Assembly (NCBI GenBank): GCA_054772095.1
Contig: BAAGAE010000033.1
Coordinates: forward strand, 4,064,326-4,128,325
Direction: 5' to 3'
Length of the DNA: 64,000 nt
Source of the DNA: Chamberlinius hualienensis
Lineage: Eukaryota
In this document: positions 55,501-64,000 of the stretch, in pieces
Numbering within the stretch: the first letter of the stretch is position 1
How the letters are laid out: every line of letters starts with the position of its first letter
The notes under the pieces: generated by a model
Seen by the model: the letters and a program-made list of their open reading frames with translations, nothing else
The model's database searches: none
Told to the model about the DNA's origin: nothing
Translations under genes and position numbers: made by a program

Positions 55501-56927
55501 GCTTGTTTTTTTTTGTTTTATGACAGAGGAAGATGGACCTTTTTGTGGCAATCACATAGTTGAAGCTGGGGAAGAATGCGATTGTGGTTACAATGAGGAA
55601 GAATGTACTGAAAAATGTTGCTATCCTTTTGAAATATCAGAACATGATAAAAAGGCGAACGCGTCAGCTAAACCGTGTACTCGCCGTAAAAATGCTGTTT
55701 GCAGGTAACTGACATTTTGATAGTTCCATATTTAATTCTAAACAACCTGTTTATGTGGTTTTTAGTCCAAGTGAGGGTCCATGCTGCAATCACAATTGTT
55801 ATCATGAAATCAATAAATTGTGTCGTCATGACTCCGATTGCAATTTTGAAGCTCGTTGCAAATATCCTTTACTTATGTTCATTTACATTTGCGTATTAGA
55901 ACTGTGGCTAGAATGAATTCGAAAATATATTTCTTAACTTTTATGTTTACTGGAAATGGTGCTCAATGTCCAACTCCAACGAACAAACCTAATGGTACTG
56001 AATGCAATAAGAACACGCAAGTTTGTTTAAAAGGCGTAAGTCATTTTTTTTAAGTTAGCAAGATTAAACGTATTAAAACCGTATTATGCTTCACTTAACG
56101 TATTTATTTATTTCTACTAATATTTTTTGTTTAAATGCAGGATTGTATAGGATCTATTTGTCTCAAGTATGGTTTGGAAGAATGTTTCTTGACTAGAGCT
56201 CCAGGTGTGACTCCAGAACAGTTGTGTGAGGTTGCATGTCAGCATCCAAATAACTCTGGCACCTGTCGTAGTACATTCCATCAGCAGGACCTGCGTGGTC
56301 GAAATATGACTGGTATTCAGTTGAGACCTGGCTCTGCTTGTGATAATTTCCAAGGGTACTGCGACGTCTTCCAAAAATGTCGTGCAGTTGACGCTGAGGG
56401 ACCTTTGGCTCGCCTTAAGAATCTTCTGTTTAATCAGAAAACCCTGTCGATAGTTGCGATATGGGTAACGGTACGTCATGACTTTTATCATTTATAAAAG
56501 TGTATTATCATATTAAATTTTGATTAATTTTTAGGAATTTTGGTGGGGGGTACTTTTAATGGGCATTGGTGTCATTGTGTTAATGGCAGTTTTCATCAAG
56601 TGTTGTGCGGTTCACACTCCAAGTAGTAATCCCAAGAAACCTCCGGCTAGACGTTTAACTGACACTTTGCGTCGGCCAGCTCAGTCTCTTCGAAGAAAAC
56701 GACATCGTCATCATCAAACTGCCCCTCAATCAGGACAGGCTCCTCCTCCTTACTCAAGTAGGTCCAGCCAAGGGGAACATAGTCGATCTGGACCGCACAG
56801 AGGTTATGGGGAAGGTCGGGGTCATTACAATCGTGCCAAAGGAGGTTGGATGCCTGATCATTATGCACCTGCATATACTGGAAGAAATAGCATGGAGATG
56901 ACCGTGCAGCATCAACAACATGTGTGA
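49501..56927 (+). CDS. ADAM10: ADAM10 / Kuzbanian-like disintegrin metalloprotease gene. Thirteen coding exons, approximately 49501-49567, 53730-53865, 53943-54064, 54132-54406, 54466-54720, 54783-54969, 55027-55211, 55277-55457, 55527-55704, 55766-55861, 55951-56035, 56141-56470 and 56535-56927.
   Basis: Exon 1 is the signal peptide [22 protein letters not shown], ending at a GGTAAGC donor. A 4.1 kb first intron follows. The translation aligns collinearly with human ADAM10: ...[47 protein letters not shown] (furin site RSKR), the zinc site [10 protein letters not shown]|HD, ...[31 protein letters not shown], the disintegrin and Cys-rich segment [16 protein letters not shown], ...[26 protein letters not shown], the transmembrane segment [37 protein letters not shown], and a proline-rich tail. 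Confidence 0.9.
52396..52500. promoter_or_regulatory. GC-rich island in ADAM10 intron 1 with repeated GTCGCC motifs; TGACGTCA lies 240 bp upstream, at about 52160.
   Basis: The sequence is tggccaccgttcggtcgccgactagccgaactacgttctagaatgtcgttctgatggcgaccagagtg...agtcgccaacccc. It contains three copies of GTCGCC(A/G)(A/T)C in both orientations and the inverted repeat gttcgg...ccgaac. Confidence 0.25.
55862..55950 (+). other. U12-type (minor-spliceosome) AT-AC intron inside ADAM10.
   Basis: The donor is TGCAA|ATATCCTTTAC, matching the U12 5' splice-site consensus ATATCCTT. The element TTCTTAAC sits 11 nt upstream of the 3' splice site, matching the U12 branch consensus TCCTTAAC. The acceptor is ...gtttAC|TGGAAATGG. 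Only this splice gives ...[36 protein letters not shown], which is collinear with human ...[36 protein letters not shown]. No GT-AG alternative keeps the reading frame. Confidence 0.75.
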
Positions 56928-59900
56928 TTAACGGTAATTACCAACTAAATGCTTGTGAATCTGTGTGAAGTTGGGAATAATCAAGAATTTTAATACGAAT
57001 CAAGATTATGGTTTCATGAGCTCTTACGCTTTGTGCTGTTAATTGTACAAATAAGTAGCATTGTGATGGATGAATTAATCATTGCACCAAGCTGGTCGCG
57101 GAAGTAACGCTCTTGATCTTTCGTAATTACTATTTAATAATTGTTTCAAGAGTTTATATGGTCTGGAAATGTAGAAAGCTCTCGATGAAAACATCAGTGA
57201 AAATTGGTCAATTTTGAAATAACTATTGTAAACAACGCTATTTTTATTCTTGTCATGATTTTTAAATTTTCATACCAAAGCATTTAGTGATACCTGATTT
57301 TTGAATTTCATCTACTTCATGAGCTTTGTCATAACAAACCGTAAAATTCAGTTGGGTGAGCTTACTCGGTTAACATGTCGACATCGATAATAATGATATA
57401 ATAAGCATTTTATTTTTAAAGTGTGAATGGAATTGTTTCTTTATTGTGTATATTAGTAGAAACTTTTAGGCATTAATAGATACCATACGGCATGCTAGTT
57501 AACTACTAGCATGCCGTACGCATTTTAAACCATCAGAATTGCCCAACACTGAATAAGCAGTTAATTTGGTTTTTTATTAAGCGCTTAATTATTCTTTTAA
57601 ATATTTGCTTTTTTTATTTGCTTTTTAGTTTTTATGTATCATTTGTCATAAGTTTTGAGTTATTTTTTAAATAGTTTTGGCATGAAACTTAAACTATATC
57701 TGCGTTTTTTTTACTTAGTTCATTGCGTCTAGTAACGAAAATATTCGAGAGCTTTCGAGTTTCTTTTACGGTATATTATGAAAGTCACCCGTGCCGTTTA
57801 ATTTGATCATCAGTTTGAGAAACATCACATAGTTTTTGCTGGTTTGATTTAATTTGTTTTAATTTTGCAATGTTTCATACGTACTACGAGTAAATTTGCA
57901 TACATATTTATCGTTATTTTTATATACCTAATATAAATATTTGCCGCGTGTAAATTATAAGGTTTTTTAGTACGTATACGTGTCACACGTGAAAAAAAAC
58001 AATGCTTGGTGCTGAACTTCTTAAAGAAGATGCATTATTTACATTTCATTGGCATTTACAATATACCAGTTTTTTTACCTGTACAAATTGTGGGAAGAAT
58101 TCGAGTGTGGGAGGACTCTTCATTTTTTAAAGTTAAAATTAAGGTATTGTAAATTGACATTCGATTTGAATCATATGCAAGTAATCTAGACTTTATACAT
58201 GTACAACTATTTCTGAACATGCATTCAAAGTATAGTGGGATTCCACTCTGTTTACTGTCAACAGTTTACTGAGTATGAACACTTACACAATTATTAGACA
58301 TCTGATTTCTGATTTATGCATTAAGGAGAATATTAAGAATGTAAGTTCATATTAGCATGGCTGCGAGGACTAACTATTCGCTGACTTCATTTCACAAGCG
58401 TTTCCAGCAAACGGGGTTTGAAGTCGGCTTTTGCTAAGTTCTCGTTGACCTAAGGTGTATTCTTCTCATGTGGTTGGTCGATTTAATATACTTTTACAAG
58501 ATATTCATTTACAGTACATGATGATTAGTAGGGATCAGATTTTTATAACTATCAATATTCGGTGAACTGCGCAGTGATTGGTTATTCTACCATAACGATT
58601 CTAGATGCTTCAAGAAGATGGTTTGAACGTCAGCATTCAAGTCGCTTTAGCAATTCATCGAAACTTTCCATATAACACATCAGCGTTGGCTAAGGCGTTG
58701 TTGTGATCGAAGTCATTGTGCTTTTGAGATGACTAATGCTTGAATTGTTTTTTTTAATGCTGGGAGGTCAAGATTGTATTGTGATTTTAATAGGTTAAGA
58801 TATACTATGGTTTGTTTAGTGGTGCTCTTGGATAAAAGAGGCCAACTACGGAGCGTGAATCGTAAAGCAGGTCCGGTACAGCCTTTTATAAGCAGAAAAA
58901 AATTGCAAAAAATAAAAAAAGGCTCTTATTTTTAATGAAATAAACTGTCTAAATCACTACCTGCATAAATGAATTAGTAACTTTTATTCCTGCTGTAGAT
59001 TAACGACATTGTTGTATGAAGTCATTTACTACAGCTGCGAAATCTGCTGTGATATTGCTTTGAAGATACTGTATTACAAGACCGTAGTTTATTATTTGTA
59101 ATTTGATTTTGCCTTTATTTTTTTAACTTGACCTGGTTTATTAATTTAAATTTTGAGGGATTTCTACATTATATAAAAACAAGAACACCCCTGTTACAAC
59201 TTTATTGCTGTTTTGGTACAATTTGGAATTCCACTGTATACAAGATGCATTTTAATGAGCGACAAACTATTGATTCTTGATGAATCTGACCATTAACGTT
59301 AACATTTGCAATACCTTGTATAGCAAGTTTATCATTGTATGCATAATGTTATCTGGATATTGGAAAGGTTTTTAATGAAGAGATTGCCAAATTTAAAAAG
59401 CACTTTGAAAAGAAATCGAAAATATTTTATTGGCTCGTTCAGGTTTTGTTGAGCTGTTATTTGGAAAGCTATCGAACAGTATGATTAAGTTCTTCCAAAT
59501 TGCTTCGTTACCGGAAAAAAAAAGTGAATGGAAACAGTTATACAGTTTCGTTTTGAAATGTTCAATTTTTACTATTTGCCATTGATGATTCGTCATTTTG
59601 ATATTTTAAAATTTGCAACAATTAGTAGTAATTTGTAAATGCAGTATGTGGTAGCTGTAAATGACAGATTTAAATGTGATGTGGTTTGAAAATTTTTACA
59701 TTGATTTCGTATCACGCTACAGTGCATTGTTTGTTCACTGATTTGTCTTTTAACATTATTGAGATGAGGCCTCTGCAGATCATTCAGAATGATTGACGTA
59801 CAGTACACCCAAGTGCTCTTTCTCATCATATTCATTCTGAAATGTAATTTCAAAGCAGACGTTCCATCTGTTCTTTAAAAAATTGTTTGTGTTAAAGACT

Positions 59901-62152
59901 AAGTTTTGTAAAAGAGAAAAAAAAATATGCGCCATGTAATATATACAGTATATAAGCCATAATGGTTATACAAATGATTCATGTGTCAATATGTCCAAGT
60001 CATCAGTTGCAGTGTACATTTTAAGCGCATCTAAAAGGTTGCTGACCATCAAACGTTACACTAATTCATCTCTTTTGTAATTAATAAAGATTTGATTGAT
60101 AGGTGTGAAATGGAAATTTTGACCATAAATGAATGCCTTTGTACACTAAAGTTCAACAGAATTTATGTCGTTAAGGTAAAAAAAAATGAAGAGACAAATA
60201 CAATGTCGAAATTTTAGTGCTTTAAAACTAGTTGGTTATAACAATGGTGGTCGATCAATATATTTTCTTTGGCAATACCGTGGTACTTATAAAAGCCATT
60301 TTCCAAAACTGGACTTCGATAGAAAAGAAAAATAAGGTAAAAGGTATAGCCATTTTTAACATACGCCGAAGTACTTTATTAGAAAAAGTAGATTACACTA
60401 CTGCAGTAGACGTTTTTAATATAAAGTATTATAGTACATTGTTGAAAGTAAATTCCATCAAAATAATTATTAATTTGAAAAAATATGCGATTATATTTGT
60501 CAGTATTAATCGCATTTTCAACTTTGAAGTTGCCGCGTTTATAATTAAAAGGCTATAGACTATGGCTATGGTAGTGTTTTTTATCAGTGTTCAGAACATT
60601 CTGAGGATTCCGGTGTGCAAATTTTTATTGACTCTTCCAGAACCTTCCCGAAGCGTTCCGTAGCGTTTTTTTTTGACCGGAGTGGAAAGAGCTGAGCACT
60701 TCAGAACAATCCTTCATTTTAGGTGGAAGAGTCTGAAGCGGAAGTGGACTAGAGTAAAAACATGGCGGTACATTTAAAATACAAATACATGGAACTTTCA
60801 GTTGTCAAGCGTTTGTATACCCTGACAATGCTAGAATATTTGCATAATTTGTAAATTCATTATAAATGAAATATGAAATTGATAAACAGACAAATTTCAG
60901 TGGAATAATGAAAATGACAGAAATAATTCATTTGTATAATTTCCAAAGAAAATAAAATAATTTAGTGAACAAACTATTTATTTAATATTCTCATTATTTT
61001 ATGAGTTTTTGCGCCATTTTGGATAACTTTCCAATTTTCCTAAAAAAAAACATTTTTGAATTTATATTGGAGAATGTCGATAAAATTTAAAATATTACAG
61101 TGTCAACACATATTTCGAACCAATTTCAATAAATTAATTTTAATAATAAATATGTTTGTGACCTCAAAGTTCACAGTTGAAACAAGTAAATATCCTATAC
61201 TGATGTCATAGGTCTCTGAATGTCAACATGCAGTCTCAAAATATAAATTTTAAAAAAATAATTACAACAAACTTTTGCCTCTACATTAGGCAAAGTAATT
61301 TCTTTTTTGGACATTTTCTCTGATTCGGAATACATGTTTTTTTTATTTATACCTTTGATATTCTAAATTGCATTCTGGAATAAAAAAATTTATTGAAACT
61401 TAATTAAAATAATCATCACTATTCAACATATGCACATTTTCGTTTAAAAAATCAAATTATTTACATTTTTATTTTTGATTGAGTTATCAAAGAACTTTAA
61501 TAAAATCGATAACAGTATTATTATTGATTTACTAATTGCATCTTGCCTCACGGCCTTGCAATGAGTTCACCAAAGAAAAACGGAGCCTTTCAACAATCAA
61601 ATTCAATCATTGACTTTACCAAAACATGTATAAAATGCGCAATTCTCAATAACCACAATTTACTCTTTACTGATTACAGTATATGCAATAATCTATAATA
61701 ATATAATAATAATAATATTGTATGCAGTACATAATATTTTATATACTTTACCATAATTAATGCACAGTCAATTATTGTTATTGAATTTATATTATAATTA
61801 TGGAGTAGATATTTAGCAATTTTGAACAATAAGTAGCAACTGTATATTAAAACAAATACTGCAACAATAACTGCACTGCTTTTGAACAATATCAAAACGA
61901 TTTTTATCACAGTATGTACTGTAAATAAATTAATTGTAGTAATATTAAATATATTTGTGAACTCAAAAGTTTCAGTTGAAACAAGGAAGTACTGTGAAGG
62001 TACTGTACTATACTGACGTCATAAGCCACTAAATGTAAACATAACCCAATTTTATGTTTGTAAGTAGTGAAATTAAATCGGTTATTAAATACTAACATCA
62101 ATTGAATTTTTTTTCAGCTTATACATACCTCATATATCGATTTTTAATTTTA

Positions 62153-62197
62153 AACAAGTCAAATGATTTTAAACAAGTCAAATGATTTTAAATAAAC
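62153..62197. repeat. Tandem duplication of a 20-bp unit.
   Basis: aacaagtcaaatgattttaa occurs twice in tandem. Confidence 0.8.
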
Positions 62198-62818
62198 AAT
62201 ACAATTTTTATTGCAAGAAGCTATAGACATATTGGGCTATTTTATTGGGTCTTACTATACTCTGATTTTGTACTTTTCTTGCTTTTTGGCAATAAAAGGT
62301 CCATTTTGACATTATTTGAGCTCTAACAGAAATTAGAAAGCAAGTGCTAATTTGCTAAATTTTTCCCTGTTTGGTACATATGGTTTAAATCTATACAAAA
62401 TCTTAAAAAGAGGTTTATTGTGGTAAAATGTTTCTTTTAGCTAATATGAATGACAATAACAATTAGTGGCTGCCACAGCTGCATTTAAAAAAAACTATCG
62501 AAATGGACAATTGATTGTTTTTTTAAACCATCGATAGTTTGGATAGTACAAAAACAATCGATAGTCTATCGATGTTTAGCCAACACTAATTTGATTTTGA
62601 ACTTGAAGTGCTCGCGTCTCTGTGGATGCTGTTAAGCTTTAAAAGGCAAAACTTTGCTGAAGGACTTTTTGTTAGAAGTGTACATGTGCATCAAACTATA
62701 TTGTATTAGTAAAATCTAACTGTGTTACTTTTTGCAAATGTATTAATTTTATGCTAAGCCATTTGTCTTCGATTGAGATTATAATAGGTATATAGTGTGG
62801 TGAACTTTACGGATAAAA

Positions 62819-64000
62819 ATGTTAGAAGAAGGAGCACGTGGTGAGTTAAGAAATGGGCATATTTATGACTTTGAATTCGTATTAATAAGTGGATCGTATT
62901 TTCTTGATGTCAGCTTTGAGAAAGAGATTAGATGATAAGTCTTATGCTTTGTCATCAAGACTTAAACTTTGTGAAAAGATTTACTTATGTCAACGCCTGG
63001 AGAACTTGGCAAAAAAAGAACACGTTGTTTTGGAATGGTTGTCTTCAATCTGCAGAGAGCAGCCGTATGTTCACTTTCATTTTGTTTTTCGTTTTTGAAG
63101 TTAATTATAAGAGTTTAAATGGCAGGTCAGTCACGGTGGAAAACAAAGTGCTGAAGCCTGTGCAGTTACTACTGAGATTGCTGAAAGTTACGTCGACAGA
63201 CGTGCATCTGCCAGATGGATTTGCTTGGGTAATGTCAAATTATTGATTGATTTATAGACATTTGGGGTTAGCTAGTGTTGCTTTAGATTTTTCCATTTGT
63301 TAGCTATTGTTAAAAGTCTATATTGATGTTTTATCTGTGCAGTTTTTCACAATTATAATATAATTTATTTGTGTTTCTGAAGGCTTTATCCAGATGGTTG
63401 CAGTACGTTAGCACCAGTGAAAATAAGCGGTTATCTGAAGCAGTTTGTCAGTTATGGCGACATTTAATAGACAATGAAATTGCACTGCGATACTTTGAGC
63501 TACACTTAGTGGAATTTGTAAGTATTCTTTCTTAAACCTTTAGGATGTTACACATTTCTTTTACTTTATTTAATTGTGTAAATTGTGTTTTTTTCTAGCT
63601 TTACTTTCTTAGTATTTTGATGGATATTCTAGTGAAGATATCGCCAGTTTGTCGCAATGTTCAATTTTATGAATCGTATACGAAGATATTTGATTGGGCG
63701 TTAGATACCGCTTTGTGTATAAAACGTTCTTCAACGACAGTTTTAAACGTAAAGTTATAGTTTGTTGCATTAACGTTCTTTATTTGTCCATGTTTTATTG
63801 TGAGTATTTGTTTTTCAGGTGTTTGAAAATAGTGAGAAGTTATTTCGACCTCCTCTAAATGTTTTACTGAATTCTGGAGTTTGTAATAACGACAATTTAG
63901 CCAAAATAAAACGTACAATCGGAGCATTGCTGTTACCAAAGTAAGTGTCTAGTCGTTTATACGAATTGAATAGTTTTAATTCAAAATGTTTTTGTAGGGA
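62819..64000 (+). CDS. 5' part of an unidentified gene for an alpha-helical (HEAT/ARM-like?) protein. Exons are approximately 62819-62840, 62914-63064, 63126-63228, 63383-63517, 63599-63748 and 63819-63940. The gene continues beyond the window.
   Basis: The first exon is ATG...CGTG|GTGAGT. The in-phase GT-AG chain translates to MLEEGAR|ALRKRLDDKSYALSSRLKLCEKIYLCQRLENLAKKEHVVLEWLSSICREQP|SVTVENKVLKPVQLLLRLLKVTSTDVHLPDGFAW|ALSRWLQYVSTSENKRLSEAVCQLWRHLIDNEIALRYFELHLVEF|LYFLSILMDILVKISPVCRNVQFYESYTKIFDWALDTALCIKRSSTTVLN|VFENSEKLFRPPLNVLLNSGVCNNDNLAKIKRTIGALLLPK. I could not assign a family from memory. Confidence 0.5.

Noticed and set aside
55856-56053. ORF reading [38 protein letters not shown]...
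   Set aside because: It reads through the U12 AT-AC intron of ADAM10. Only the spliced form keeps the conserved Cys-rich domain.
56117-56927. Minus-strand ORFs 56117-56491 and 56647-56874
   Set aside because: They are antisense to ADAM10 exons 12 and 13.

Overview
This is an AT-rich (about two-thirds A+T) metazoan nuclear window with GT-AG introns of mostly 45-110 nt; it is not prokaryotic. No CRISPR arrays, rRNA genes, tRNA genes or transposon ORFs were found. By reading splice sites and comparing translations with well-known protein families from memory, I reconstructed ten spliced protein-coding genes. In window order they are: (1) a 5' coding exon of an unidentified small protein at 118-306 on the minus strand; (2) an EGF-domain single-pass membrane protein whose cytoplasmic tail carries two PPxY motifs (5364-6855, +); (3) a calexcitin / sarcoplasmic-calcium-binding-protein-like EF-hand gene (9343-11754, -); (4) sulfide:quinone oxidoreductase SQOR (18453-21982, -); (5) a TEP1 orthologue (telomerase/vault-associated protein 1), found as a 5' module with N-terminal repeats, a TROVE domain and the start of a vWA domain (23145-25771, +) and a 3' module with DUF4062, a NACHT P-loop NTPase and WD40 repeats (33634-40857, +); (6) a chaoptin-like gene encoding about 1260 aa of extracellular leucine-rich repeats with a probable GPI anchor (25990-31135, -), which sits between the two TEP1 modules on the opposite strand, i.e. 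nested in an approximately 8 kb TEP1 intron; (7) cytoplasmic dynein intermediate chain (41692-47352, +); (8) NDUFA4/COXFA4 (47649-48453, -); (9) ADAM10/Kuzbanian metalloprotease (49501-56927, +), which contains a textbook U12-type AT-AC intron; (10) the 5' part of an unidentified helical-repeat protein (62819 to beyond the window end, +). Non-coding observations: the palindrome TGACGTCA is strongly enriched, including a gene-less cluster at 16.3-17.5 kb; CTCF-like motifs flank SQOR; tandem GGAAGT sites in the stretch shared by the divergently oriented NDUFA4 and ADAM10 genes; an ATF/C/EBP-like palindrome cluster upstream of the calexcitin-like gene; and several microsatellites and short tandem repeats. 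All exon coordinates were derived by hand and may be off by a few nucleotides.
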